A DNA stretch of 64,000 bases, taken from contig NC_057749.1 of the NCBI RefSeq assembly GCF_004010195.1, forward strand, positions 11,575,540-11,639,539. Direction: 5' to 3'. Under the pieces are notes generated by a model that was not told where the DNA came from, made no database searches, and saw nothing but the letters and a program-made list of their open reading frames with translations. Below, piece after piece: positions 25,825 through 39,145 of the stretch. The position numbers were made by a program, and so were the translations under genes. Source of the stretch: Chiloscyllium plagiosum. Lineage: Eukaryota. Every line of letters starts with the position of its first letter. The stretch's first letter is position 1.

Positions 25825-25929
25825 GGGATTGGTGCTGAGAATGAATTGTTTGCAATAAGTATTAAAGACTTGGAGGAAAGAATTTTTGATCCCTATTGCT
25901 ATTGCTGATTGTGCAGGCTATATGTTGAA

Positions 25930-27010
25930 ATAGGACAGATCAGAACTAACTTGCGGAATAATGACCATGTCAATTAGATCATTGCTCGCAGCTCACAAAC
26001 GAATGGATGGGTCTAAGGCTGTCACTTATGGTCCTGAAAAGTGCCCAGTCTACCTCAGATTACCTTATAACGATGAGGTGTCTCAAAATCAAAATGGGCT
26101 ACAGGTGAAGCTAGCTGTTTACATAATACTGCTATGCAATAGCAATATGAGTGGCATTCTCCACTAATGGAATGCTGTCATCCAAAAACATGCTCTGCCT
26201 CCCACAAAATGACTAAGGTGAGAGATGAATTGCATTGAAGTGTGATGCCAGATATGTAAGCAATACATCTGGGTGTTCAGTCATTGGGTCGTACAGCACA
26301 AAGAGGCCCTTCAGCCCGTCAAGTCATCACCAAAGCAACTACCACTAAAGATGCACTACTCCGAATTCCCTGCACTGACCCATATCCTTGAATGTTATGA
26401 TATTTCAAGTGCTCATCTAAATATTTTTTAAAGGTTGTGTGGTTTCTGGCTTCCTCTGTTTTCCCCGGTATGGCATTGGAGATTCCACCACAGAGTGAAA
26501 ACATCTCTTTTCTCAAATCCCTTCTGAATCTCCTGGCCCCTTTCCCTAAAACTATGTCCCTTTGTGGATCATTTGAAACAGTGCATGTCTTCATGATTAT
26601 GCATCAGAATAATTACTTCTAAACCAGGCTGTACTTGCAAAATTTTGAGCATTGTGTCGCTCATTGGATATGATTCCATGATTAGACAACATTTGCAGTA
26701 CATCCTGCTTGAACTAAGAATTATGCTGACAAATAATGTAAGGTTATCAGTTAATCTCGTCTTGGCTCACTGACTCATGCTAGAAGTTACTCGCAGGGCT
26801 CTGCTCTTTGCAAGCAGGAAGAACATGTCCATGTACTTTGCATTTTTCAAGTTAATGAAAGTTTGGGGACTGCAATTCTTTGCATTCTCCATGATAATAC
26901 CCTAGTCAATCAATTAGTAATGTCTTCTCATGCAAACTGTTGATCTCTTTGAGATCTGGTGTTCTTGCCATTTTGACCTAATGAGTGCAAATCCAAAAAC
27001 CTCAACAATA
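25930..27010 (+). mobile_element. Old Penelope-like remnant interrupted by a CR1 tail (26290-26600)
   Basis: GPEKCPVYLRLPY motif, sequence similar to 5540-5930, eroded core ctaatgagtgcaaatccaaaa near 26978. Confidence 0.55.
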
Positions 27011-27247
27011 GTCCTTAAAATGCATTTTATCGATAGTAAATAAAAGCTTCCTAATGGATAAATTACTCTCATTGAAGGGTAATGACGTGCTTCCTGCTGA
27101 GTGTATTGACTTAATTTGGCTACAAATCAACAGAAAGTAATAGGTTTAGACTTTCAATGCAGTTAGGATCAGGCGTTTTGAAAATTCATTTCGAAAGATG
27201 TTGGCATCACTGGTTAGGCCGGCATTTATTACCCATAAACAGGTCGT

Positions 27248-29340
27248 AGAGTCATAGAGATGTACAGCACAGAAACAGACCCTTTGATCCAACTCGTACA
27301 TGCCAACCAGATATCCTAGCCTAACCTAGTCCCATTTGCCAGCAATTGGTCCATATCTCTCTCAACCCTTCCTATTTATATACCCATTCAGATGCCTTTT
27401 AAATGTACCCGGTTCCACCATTCCATTCAAGCACCACCCTCTGTGTGAGAACGTTACCCCTTAGATCCCTTTTAAATTTTTCCCCTTCCAGTATAAACCT
27501 ATGCCCTCTTGTTCTAGACTCCCCCACCTCAGGGAAAAGACCTGTCTATGTCCCTCATAATTTTATACATCTCTAAGGTCACCTCAACCTCCAACATTGC
27601 AGGGAAAACAGCCTCAGACTATTCAGCCTCTCCCAATAGCTCAAATCCTCCAATTCTGGCAACATCCTTGTAAATCTTTTCTGAAACCTTTCTAGTCTCT
27701 CAACATCCTTCCAATAGGGGGGAGATCAGAATTGCACAGATTATTTCGATGTTGAGCTGCCTTCCTGAACTATTATAGTCCATGTATGTAGGTACTCCTA
27801 GAACACTGCTTGAGAATTCCAGGTTTTTGATCCAGCCACAGTGAAGGAACAGTGACATAGATTCAAGTCAGGGTGTTGTATGGATTGGAGGCGAACTTAC
27901 TTACAGGTAGTGACCTTCCCTTGTAACTGCTCCTTTTGCTCTTCTAAGGGATAAGAGTCATTGGTTTGGAAGGCACTGACAAAGGAGCATTGGTGTGTTT
28001 ATACACTGTGTCTTGCACATGGTGCACACTGCTGCCACTGCATGTCAGTGTTGTGGAGAGAATGAATGTTGAAGGTGTTTGGTGTGGTGCCAATTTGTGC
28101 TGAATGGTGTCCAGTTTCTTGAGTGTTGTTGAGACTTATACTTATTAATACAAACAGAGAATATTCCATAGCACTCCTGAATTGAATCATCCATATGATG
28201 GAGGTGTATTCTTTGTAAAAGAAATCCGCCCCCCCCCCCCCCCACGACACACACACAATCCCACCACAACCACCAAAAGAATGATATTAGTGGGGGAATT
28301 CAGCAATGGTAACACCTTTAATTAACAAGAGCCAATTGTTGGATTTTCTCTTATTGGATATTGTCATTGCATTGTGTTTGTATGCCGTTATCTACTACTT
28401 AGCAGCCCCAGCCTGGATATTGTCTCAAGTCTTGCTTAATTTGCACTTGGACTGCTTACGTATCTGGAGTCGAGAATGGTGTTGAGTATTTTACAATCAT
28501 TAGGAAATATCTCCATCTTTGGCCTAATGGTGGAGGGAAAGCAATTGAAGATTGTTGGGCTAATGGTACTACTCAGGAAGAATGATGTCCTGTGGCTGAG
28601 GTGATTGATCTCCAACAACCACAATCACCTTCCTTTGTGCTCATTATGATTGTAACCAGTGGATAGCTCCGCCCTCCATTCCCATTGACTGCAGTTATGT
28701 TGAGATCTTTTAATACCATACTCAGATAAGTTGATGGCCTTAATATCAAGATCAATATCATCACTTTCTCTCGAGTTCAATACACTTGTAAATGCCTGGA
28801 CCAAACTGCAATGAGGTCAAAAGCTGAATAGTCCTGGCAGAACCCTGACATCAGTGTTACTTCTTCTTGACTAAGTACTGCTTGATGGCACTGTTGATGA
28901 CATATTCAGTCACTTGACTGTTGATAGAGTAGACTTAGGTGGTAATTGGCCAAGTTGGTTTTGATCTGCTTATTGTGGGCAAGATATAACCGAGACAAGT
29001 TTCCAGATTGCTGGATATTCTAATGTTGTAACTATCCTTGAACATGTTGGCTAAGAATGAGTTCTGAAACACATCTTCAGTGCCATTATTGGAAAGTTGT
29101 TGGGGCCAGTGGTCCTTTTAGTATCCAGTGCCTTCAGCCCCTTCGTGACCTCACATGGAGTGAATTGAACTGGATGATCACTGGCATCTGTAATGTTGTG
29201 TACCTCAGGAGAAGGCGGAGATGGATCAGCCACTTGCCAACTTTGAGTTAAGATTGTTGCAAAATGTTTCAGCCTTGGCATTTGCACTCATATGCAGAGC
29301 TTCCCCATCATTGAGAATGGAGACATTTGGGGAGCCCCCA
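27248..29340 (-). mobile_element. CR1 3' fragment (27248-27745) inside an older CR1/L2-type LINE
   Basis: Typical tail agagtcatagagatgtacagc...; RT-like KGLKALDTKRTTGPNNFP in ORF 29051..29287. Confidence 0.65.
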
Positions 29341-29657
29341 CCACTTGTTGCTTAATTGTGCTGTGAGGTCAGTTAGCTGGACAGCAGTTTTTTACAGTAT
29401 ATAGTGCTGCCAACAATGTGGGTTCAATTCCTGCACCACATGAAGTTTGTTTTTATTAAGGTCCTGCCTTCTTGCCCTTTGTCTAGGGTGTGGTGATCTT
29501 CAGGTTAAGCTCATCTTCTTCAGTATATATATATCTTCCCTGTCTTACCCCCCCCCCCCCTCCACCGAATGGCTGCCCCCTGCACCGTATCATTCTATGC
29601 TTGTTTATGAACTGAGGAAATGTTAACTAACTCGTGTTTTTTCCTCTCACTTTCCAG

Positions 29658-30117
29658 TGAATTCAATGCCTCGGGACATGCCCAGTCTTCTACAGTCAAA
29701 GCCAGAACTCCCTCCTCCAAGCAAGGCTCAAGCTTTCAGATCTACTGCTCGAGATGAAACTGTTCATTCAAATTTTTATCCGCAGAAAAGTTTTCCTGTT
29801 TCTGAAAGAGCCCCTGTAAATGGAATGGAGCAGACCCAGAAGCAAACAGCTGCAGCATACAATCGATTCACCCCAAAGCCGTACACAAGTGCCGCACGGC
29901 CTTTTGAGCGCAAGTTTGAGAGCCCAAAATTTGATCACAACCTCCTACCTAGTGAACCTCCGATACAAACCAAACCAGAGCCACCCTCAAAAATGCATAG
30001 TTCTCCACATCCTGCAGATTTTGATAGTGGCACTGACACATTCCCCAAGCCGTCTGACCACAGATCTAAATATCACACCAACAACATCCACGCAGTACCT
30101 AAAGCCATTCCTGTAAG
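29658..30117 (+). CDS. TJP1: TJP1 exon
   Basis: tttccag|TGAAT...GTAAG|gtaaga; FYPQKSFP...YNRFTPKPYTSAARPFERKFESPKFDHNLLP...AVPKAIPV(S); phase 1 to 2. Confidence 0.96.
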
Positions 30118-31859
30118 GTAAGATGCTTGACATTAACATTTGTGCAAAGAAAGGATGCTTTTGAGTGTTTGTGCCCATTGCATTTTTTTAAAGTCAGTCC
30201 TCAAAGGAATCACTCTTAGTGTCCATGCCAGCATCATATATGAGCTAGCATGCTTGACATGTTTAACTGCTAAAACGCCGATCCTCAGCGTGAGGTTGGA
30301 TTGTGTTGCATTGCACTGGGGTAGCGCATCATAAATCAAACCGTGCTATTCCCAGAGTTATATAAAATGTCAAAGTTTTTTTACTTTAACCTTTCAGAAC
30401 AAGGTTCATAGAAAGGACAAACCAGATTTCTGTTGAAACCAGAATGATTATTTATTATAGGTAATTTGATTATAAGCTACAAGAAACTTAAACCACTGGT
30501 ATGTAACACAACTAACTTAAACTCTAACCTCCTTATAAACTACTCCTTACCGGTGCACACACGGACAAAAAAATAGGGAAAAAAAGACTTGGCAGAGGTA
30601 GAGAGAAATGGAAACTTATTTCAATGTTCTTTGCTTCCCAATTCTGACATTGAGATGATCATTTTTCAGCTAGCCAAGCCAATGGTGTCACAATATCTTT
30701 GTTGAAGCTTCTAATGGTTTGTAGGTACAGAGCAACTGATTCATATGGAAAATGTCTCCAATTTATCTATTCAAACACCTCCCACAACACCCTCTGGTTC
30801 AGGGCCTGCTCCCTGTGAGTCTAAAAAATTAAGTTCTTAAAAAAGCTCATGTAAAGAGAAAAGGAACAGACTGAGCAAAGGAGCTTTGGCTGGAGCATCC
30901 TACTCTGCTGCCATCTTGGACAACCATAATTTAATAATACAATAAATTTATTGTCCTGTACTTGGGTCCCCAGTGTTAAAAACATGGATCGTACAGAAGT
31001 AAACACATAAATGTGGGAGATCATCTGATATTACTAGGTCAAGGATGCATGATTGAAGATCTCTTTATAGTATGTTGACAATCATTGCTTATTTTCAGTC
31101 TTTCTAATTAATCCATGCTCCTTTATAAGTATCCCCTTCATCCTTTGGGACCTTGATGGTTTCTCTGTGATACCAGGTGAACAATATTCCCTTGAAGTTG
31201 CACGGCTGTATTATCTCTTGCAAGTGTGTTCATCTCCATTTGCTGCCATGCACATATCTCAGAGGTTTGCACAGCCAATGGAAAAATTAGATGGAATATA
31301 GCAGATAAGGCCTAGCCAGTGTTTTACAAAAGTTCAGTATAATTTCTTTGCTTTTGTTTCATCTCTCTGATAATGGATGCAATTTTCTTTACAAACACTT
31401 TTTCAACTTTCCTTGCCACATTCAAGGATATGTGTGCATATTTCACAAGCAAGGTGTTGACTGTATCCAATCACGCTGTTCATGCAAAACTCTCAACACA
31501 ATGTAAACATTAGTTGTCATTCTGCAATTGGGCAACATTTAAAAAATAATTCAAAGCATGTGAAGAAATATGCTGACAATCAATTTAAGATTGTCATTTG
31601 GGCTTACATGTATTAACAGACTGGGTCCTATCCTTTGCAAATAGAAAGAACGTGTACACGCACTACACCTATTTCAACTCAACTGAATAAGCGACAGTCA
31701 GTCTCTGGTTCATTTATCAAGGCGATACCTTGATAATCTGATAACTATTGTCCAGTAGTTATCTGTCAGTCATCATTAACTGGTATGTTATTGATAGCTA
31801 CTACTGTCTACCAGAGTCCACTTATCAACCAATATGGTATAAATGTTGATTTCCTTTTA

Positions 31860-32148
31860 GATTAGATTCCCTACAGTGTGGAAACAGGCCCTTTGGCCCA
31901 ACAAGTCCACACCGACCCTCGAGGAGTAACCAACTCCCCTCTGACTAATGCACCTAACACTATGGACAATTTACCTAATTTCACCTAACCTGCACATCTT
32001 TGGATTGTGGGAGGAAACCGGAGCATCCGGAGGAAACCCATGCTGACTCAGGGAGAATGTGCAAACTCCACACACAGTTGCCCAAGACTGGCATCGAACC
32101 TGGGACCCTGGTGCTGTGAGGCAGCAGTGCTAACCACTGTGCACCGTG
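31860..32148 (-). mobile_element. HE1-type V-SINE
   Basis: Complete head, V-domain and tail. Confidence 0.9.
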
Positions 32149-32304
32149 CTTTACTTGGATATTTTTTATGAATTGTTTTGATGAGCACAACCGAGCAGTT
32201 TTTTCAGCAATATCCATGCTGTCCTACCACTCAGTCAATTTTCTAGCCAGATCTTCAATTCTATATGCTTCAGCTTTTGCTAAGTCTCTTCTGAGGAAGT
32301 TTAC

Positions 32305-34670
32305 CAAATGCTGTATACTTCAACGCAAGGAGTATCAGAAATAAGGTGGGTGAACTTAAGGCGTGGATCGGTACCTGGGACTACGATGTTGTGGCCATCA
32401 CGGAAACGTGGATAGAAGAGGGACAGGAATGGTTGTTGGAGGTTCCTGGTTACAGATGTTTCAGTAGGATTAGGGAGGGTGGTAAAAAAGGAGGGGGGTT
32501 GGCGTTAATGGTATAACGGCTGCAGAAAGGCAGTTCGAGGGGGATCTACCTTTAGAGGTAGTATGGGCTGAAGTTCGAAATAGGAAAGGAGCAGACACCT
32601 TGTTGGGTGTTTACTATAGGCCCCCCAATAGCAGCAGAGATGTGGAGAAACAGATTGGGAAAATTTTGGAAAGGTGCAGAAGCCACAGGGTAGTAGTCAT
32701 GGGCGATTTCAACTTCCCAAATATTGATTGGAGGATCTTTAGATCAAGTAGATTGGATGGGGTGGTGTTTGTGCAGTGTGTCCAGGAAGCTTTTCTAACA
32801 GGATCTGAGGAGCATAAGTTGGGGGCATAGGCTGTCAGGGAAGGATGTCGTGGAAATGTGGAATTGTTTCAAGGAACAGATATGACGTGTCCTTGATATG
32901 TATGTACCTGTCAGGCAGGAAAGAGATGGTCGTGTGAGGGAACCTTGGTTGACAAGGGAGGTTGAATGTCTTGTAAAGAGGACGAAGGAGGCTGACATAA
33001 GGTTGAGGAAACAAGGTTCAGACAGAGCGTTGGAGGGATGCAGGATAGCCAGGAGGGAGCTGAAGAAAGTGATTAGGAGAGCTAAGAGAGGTCATGAAAA
33101 ATCTTTGGCAGGTAGGATCAAGGATAACCCCTTTTATGCGTATGTGAGAAACATGAGAATGACGAGAACGAGGGTAGGTCTGATCAAGGACAGTAGTTGG
33201 AGACTGTGTATTGAGTTGGAAGAGAACGGAGAGGTCTTGAATGAGTACTTTTCTTCAGTACTTAGAAATGAGAGGGACTGTATTGTTGAAGAGAAGAGTG
33301 TGAAATGGACTGGTAAGCTAGAAGAGATCCTTGTTAGGAAGGAAGATGTGTTGGGCATTTAGAAAAACTTGAGGATAGACAAGTCCCCCGGGCCTGACGG
33401 GATACATCCTAGGATTATGTGGGAAGCAAGAGAGGAAATTGCAGAGCCGTTGGCAATGATCTTTTTGTCTTCACTGTCAACGGGGGTGGTATCAGGCGAC
33501 TGGAGAGTGGCAGAATGTTCTGCCCCTGTTCAAAAAAGGGAATAGGGATAACCCCGGGAATTACAGGGCGGTTAGTCTTACTTCGGTGGTAGGTAAAGTA
33601 ATGGAAAGGGTACTGAGGGATAGGATTTATGAGTATCTGGAAAGACACTTCTTGATTAGGGACACCCAGCACGGATTTGAGAGGGTAGGTCTTGCCTTAC
33701 AAGTCTTATTGAATTCTTTGAGGAGGTGACCAAGCATGTGGATGAGGGTAGAGCAGTGGATGAAGTGTGCATGGATTATAGTAAGGCATTTGATAAGGTT
33801 CCCCATGGTACGTTTATGCGGAAAGTCAGGAGGCATGGGATAGAGGGAAATTTGGCCAGTTGGATAGAAAACTGGATAACCGGTCGAAGTCAGAGAGTGG
33901 CGGGTAGATTGGAAATATTCAGCCTGGAGCCCAGTTACAAGTGGAGTTCCGCAGGGATCAGTTCTGGGTCCCCTGCTGTTTGTAATTTTTATTAATGACT
34001 TGGAAGAAGGAGTCGAAGGGTGGGTCAGTAAATTTGCAGACGATACGAAGATTGGTGGAGTTGTGGATAGTGAGGAGGGCTGTTGTCGGCTGCAAAAGGA
34101 CTTAGATATGATGCAGAGCTGGGCTGAGGAGTGGCAGATGGAGTTCAACCCTGTCAAGTGTGAGGTTGTCCATTTTGGAAGGACAAATAAGAATGCGGAA
34201 TACAGGGTTAACGGTAGGGTTCTTAGTAAGGTGGACTAGCAGAGGGATCTTGGGGTCTATGTTCATAGATCTTTGAAAGTTGCCACCCAGGTAAATAGTG
34301 CGGTAAAGAAGGCATATGGCGTACTGGCTTTTATTGGTAGAGGAATTGAGTTCCGGAGTCCTGAGGTCATGATGCAGTTAGACAGTCAGAAACTTTTTCC
34401 CCGGGTACAACAGAGTGTTACAAGGGGACATAAATTTAAGGTGAAGGGTGGAAGGTATAGGGGGGATGTCAAGGGTAGGTTCTTTACCCAGAGAGTGGTG
34501 GGGGCATGGAATGCGCTGCCTGTGGCAGTGGCATAGGCAAAATCATTGGTGACCTTTAAGTGGCAATTGGATAGGTACATGGATGGGTGCTTAAGCTCAG
34601 ACAAATGTTCGGCACAACATCGTGGGCCGAAGGGCCTGTTCTGTGCTGTATTGTTCTATGTTCTATGTTC
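32305..34670 (+). mobile_element. CR1/HER1-type LINE ORF2 with internal deletions
   Basis: APE (GVYYRPPN, VMGDFNFPNIDW), RT (DYSKAFDKVPH, SKFADDTK), tail gggccgaagggcctgttctgtgctgta(ttgttctatg)n. Confidence 0.92.
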
Positions 34671-35167
34671 TGTCTGTCTCTCAACCTTCTCCCTTATTTC
34701 ATTGAAGAACTTGAACATAGTAATTGAGCATAGTTTCCTTTGAACAAATTTATTCTGGCTTTTATTTTGAACCCCCATGTTCTTCCATGTGCCAATAAGA
34801 TTTGCATTTGGTGATGATTTCAAAGTTTTGTTACTTCTGACATTAGGCCACCTATCCTAACTGATTTACCCATTCGACCTTTTATGAACTGGGCAAATAT
34901 AAAAATCAGACCCATCAAGCACGCATCCATCTGGCCAATAGTGCAATCTCTGTTTTCACCTCCTACATTATATCATCAGGAGAGAGAAAAACAATGGTTT
35001 AAAGCATGCAGCCATTTTAGGAAAAGCGGTTAAATCATTCCTCTTCAACTGTCCCCAGTAACCAAACCAGGTACTGGGAAAGAGTTGTTGCAATGATGTG
35101 ACATAAAGTGAATTTGATTAATGTGCTCCACTCTCAGAAATAGTCGATTTTCCCTTTGTTACAACAC

Positions 35168-35878
35168 TGTTACGACATTGGATAATCCCTTCTGCTAATT
35201 AAACCAAACACACAAAAAGCTCACCTCGCCTCGTAGTAAACTGAGAGTGATGGGAGAACTACCTAAATTCCACTACTTAAAGAAAAAATAACTTTTTTCT
35301 TAAACTCTAAAATGAAGATTAAACAACAACTATTTACAACAGTAAGCCTCCTTTCTCTTAAAGATTTGTTATTTACCTCCCACTCTATAACCATATACTG
35401 ATTCAGGAAACCCCTTTTAAATTTACAGCAAATCAGTTTTCAAAACCAGATAGCTTTCTCCTCTGATTGTAGATGTCCTATGATCGTCTTCGGTCTTCTG
35501 CTGTACAAATTTTTCATATGAAAAAGGTACCTTTTTAGAGAGAGGGTTTGCGGGCAATCAGCCGATGGCAAAAGGTGCTCCATCTCTGGCTAACTGTTCA
35601 AAATGCCTGCTTTTTATTTCCAAGACATTGGATTGTCTCATTGGTCCAATGTTATCAAAACAGTATAATTCAAATTCGATTGGGTTTTGGTATCTTGGGG
35701 CATAATTTAAACTGGTTAAATTCGAACTGTTGTGAAAACATAGCTACCAAGCTCCAGTATTTGTATCAAATCCAAATGTTACAGACTTTCAGCATATGAT
35801 GAGACTGCTGTCAGTCGCATGACGGATGCCTGCAATCACTCTCTCAAAGTTACAGTACACGCCTTCAACTTCATAACA
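35168..35878 (-). mobile_element. Solo LTR (711 bp)
   Basis: TGTTACGA...TCATAACA inverted termini; CCAAT and TATA-like boxes on the minus strand; colinear with 35879-36971. Confidence 0.7.
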
Positions 35879-36016
35879 CGAAGCAAACCATTTCTGTTAA
35901 GTAAACTAAAAACCCAGAAAAGCTCGCCCCTTGTCATAATCTATTAAAATGAGTGACTGAGAACTCCTAAATTCCACTATTTAAAGAAAATACCATCAAT
36001 TTATTTTCTTACTCGT

Positions 36017-36335
36017 GGGTGGCACGGTGGCACAGTGGTTAGCACTGCTGCCTCACAGCACCAGAGACCCGGGTTCAATTCCCGCCTCAGGCAACTGTCT
36101 GTGTGGAGTTTGCACATTCTCCCCGTGTCTGTGTGGGTTTCCTCCGGGTGCTCCTGTTTCCTCCCACAGTCCAAAGATGTGCAGGTTAGGTGAATTGGCC
36201 ATGCTAAATTGCCCATAGTGTTAGGTGAAGGGGTAAATGTAGGGGAATGGGTCTGGGTGGGTTGCTCTTTGGAGGGTTGGTGTGGACTTGTTGGGCCGAA
36301 GGGCCTGTTTCCACACTGTAAGTAATCTAATCTAA
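36017..36335 (+). mobile_element. HE1-type V-SINE, well preserved
   Basis: A box tggcacagtgg, B box ggttcaattcc, V-domain, tail ...tgtaagtaatctaatctaa. Confidence 0.93.
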
Positions 36336-37598
36336 AGTGAACATTAAACAAAAAAATTCAAAAATCTTAGCCCCACCTTTCTCTTAATTGCTTATACTGT
36401 GACTCCAATTCTATTACAATATGCTGTTCCAATAAGACACTTAATAAACTCTCAGTCGTTGTTTTCTCTGCTATCTTCAATTTTCCTGCTGCTGATCTCT
36501 CTGGGTTACTTTCTTTCTTTTTACTGTGAGTATATTTTGCATGAAAAGGTACCTTTTGATTGAGAGCGTTTTCTAATTTCTTTGAGAGCAAAATGTTTGA
36601 TGGGTAATTAGTTCTCCAGCAGTTTCTCTCTCTACAGCAGTTGTTCTCTGACCAATTTTCAAAATGTCCACATTCTTATACCCCACAACATCAGATTGTC
36701 CCATTAGTTAGATGTTGGCAAATCAATAAATTCAAACTTGATTGTGTTTTAGTATCCTGGGGCATAATTTAAACTAGTTAAATTGGAATTATTGTCAAAA
36801 CAGCAACCAAAATTCAGGTATTCATTTCCCAGCCAAAGATTGCATCTTTTCAGTTTTCCAGTGCACTCTGGGACTGCCATTAGTCAAATACACATGTGCT
36901 TCTCCGTTCTCAGTTCAGAACAGCATTGTCTCTCTCTTAAAGGTGTAGTACAAGCCTTCAACTTCATAACACTTTTAAAAGGCTTCAGGGACTCATTATT
37001 TGCTGCAAGCTAAGCAGCTTGTCAAAGAGGACAGTAAATACGTTATTATGAATTCTTTGCATCTGTTGGATTTGAAGACATCTTGATGCTGCTAAGGGCT
37101 GTGGAACAGTGTGCAAAATTCTGTTATCTCTCTGCTGTTTGTAGTGTCAACATTGTCCTTGGACTTTGAAACATTGGATATCATATAGGGAAAAAAATAA
37201 CTGATGCAGCACTGTGCTGAAGTTGGAGAGATGAAAAGGAATAGTGAGGATATTATTCATCACTGGTCAGTGCTTTAACTGGCCTACATTTGCCTGATTC
37301 GGTAACAATGAGCTCTCCAGCGCTGATGCTCTTCGATTTGATGAGTACAGAGTTCATGCAACAAGTATACAACAAAACCAAATAAATGAAGAATGGAAAT
37401 CAAACCAAGAGTAGGTCAAACGCATGTTAGATTAGTCAATGACTGGGTAGAGTTGTAACGTTTTAGCTGTTGATCATTGAATAGTGTAATGACATGTCTT
37501 CTCTTAATACTTGTTGATTATCCTTTACTCTCAAGTCCATACCTAGTTGTAGAGACGTCTGATATAATTATAATGCTGACTGACTTGCTTTTTCTCAG

Positions 37599-37813
37599 CC
37601 CTAGTGCATTGGAAGATGATGATGATGATAGTCACACGGTAGTTGCAACAGCTCGGGGAATTTTTGACAGCAATGGTGGTGTGCTGAGCTCTGTTGAGAC
37701 TGGAGTGAGTATCATAATTCCAAAGGGAGCCATTCCAGAAGGAGTGGAACAGGAAATCTACTTTAAGGTCTGCAGAGACAACAGTATCCTCCCTCCTCTG
37801 GACAAAGAGAAAG
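37599..37813 (+). CDS. TJP1: TJP1 exon, ZU5 domain first part
   Basis: ttttctcag|CCCT...GAAAG|gtgaga; PSALEDDDDDSHTVVATARGIFDSNGGVLSSVETGVSIIIPKGAIPEGVEQEIYFKVCRDNSILPPLDKEK; the ZU5 domain distinguishes ZO-1 from ZO-2/3. Confidence 0.97.
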
Positions 37814-39001
37814 GTGAGAACTAGCTTTCCTTCTTTAAAATGATTCATTAAACCCCCCCCCCCAGTGTCACATTGCCCGTACTGCTAGGTGGCAACATCT
37901 TGGAATATGATATTTGCCTTCCTGATGCTGATAGTCATACCAAGCTCCTTAAAGGTGTGAGGCACTCAATTTGCTGATGCAGGTGATCTTCAGTCACTAA
38001 TGTTAAAGCAATATTGTCAACAAGTGTTTGATGTAGATTGGGCAAACCCTATGTCTTGCATGTCAGACAAGCAAGACTGAGCAGCTTTCCATCAGCATAA
38101 CAAACTTAATTAAATACAGTGAAATTGTTTCAATAATGCATATGTTAATTTCTCGAGGTGCAGCTTGTTAGTGGTATTTTCTGAAGCACTTATCCCATGC
38201 TAAGTAAATGAACAAAGTGTTAGCAAAGTAGACTTGCAGTCAACGTTGCGTGCTTTTGTTAATGCTTTCCAATTGAGTGTTGCTGTTGGAGTTCATGTTT
38301 AAAATATGGGTGTTGGAACTTCTAAGTTGAAGTTTAGTGTTTTCTTATGATCTGTAATGTTGCACGTTCTACATGGTTTGTAATGGAACATTAGTCTAAT
38401 GCCTTACACAATCTTAAAATGATCCAAGTTCTTTACAGCCAGTCAAGTTCTTTCAGGAAAGGTCTTGCTTGGAATTTAGAACCACATTAGCTAATTTGCT
38501 CACTGCATGATACCCCGTTTGTAACAAGGCAAGTAATCAATTAATATTTTTATCTTGGTTGAAGGATAGAATTCAGCTCTTGGCAATATTTATCACAAAT
38601 AGTGCCCGTTGATACTTCTATTTTGAAGTGAGACATTAGACATGGATTCACTTTAATGTTTTACATAGCATTGCAGAAATATCCAGGGTGAAATATATAT
38701 TTTTGCAGGTATTTGCACAATTTCCAGGATAAACATGTTTTTGGAGATCTATGCTTCCCAGAAAATGAGCTCCAATTGTTAGTCAAGAGCAGGATTGAGG
38801 TAAAAGTGAAAATGTATAAAAGATCTAGCGAAGCAAAATCCATTGTTGCAGCTAGGTTTTACCAGCAGGAAAGCTGACTGACAGGAAGAAGAATTTGTGA
38901 ATGATGAACCACAGTTGTTTCTCAGGGGTCCACTTCATTTGTTCACCTCTATATTCAGTTCTAATTTTAATGTATTGATCTTAATGTCTTTTATTTTCTA
39001 G

Positions 39002-39145
39002 GTGAAACACTCCTGAGCCCACTGGTGATGTGTGGACCCCATGGCTTGAAGTTCCTGAAGCCTGTGGAGCTGCGCTTACCTCACTGTGCGTCTATGACTC
39101 CAGATGGTTGGTCTTTTGCTCTAAAATCCTCAGATTCCTCGTCGG
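39002..39145 (+). CDS. TJP1: TJP1 penultimate exon (ZU5); three in-frame donors after 39085, 39106 and 39145
   Basis: ttttctag|GTGAAACA...; ETLLSPLVMCGPHGLKFLKPVELRLPHC[ASMTPDG[WSFALKSSDSSSG]]; donors gtgcgt, gttggt and gtatgc are all phase 1. Confidence 0.95.

Larger units (their letters stand above)
35157..36971 (-). mobile_element. Outer solo LTR of a related family, split by the inner LTR and an HE1 SINE
   Basis: TGTTACAACAC at 35157, resumes at 35879, ends GCCTTCAACTTCATAACA like the inner copy. Confidence 0.62.

Noticed and set aside
29345..29520. Second tRNA-SINE type with B box ggttcaattcc
   Set aside because: Too degraded to delimit or assign a family without a database search
30350..31200. 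Possible additional LTR-like element
   Set aside because: No clear TG...CA termini, TSD or second copy found by eye
36017..36090. tRNA gene (also other A/B-box hits)
   Set aside because: tRNA-derived head of an HE1 SINE, continuing into the V-domain and LINE tail
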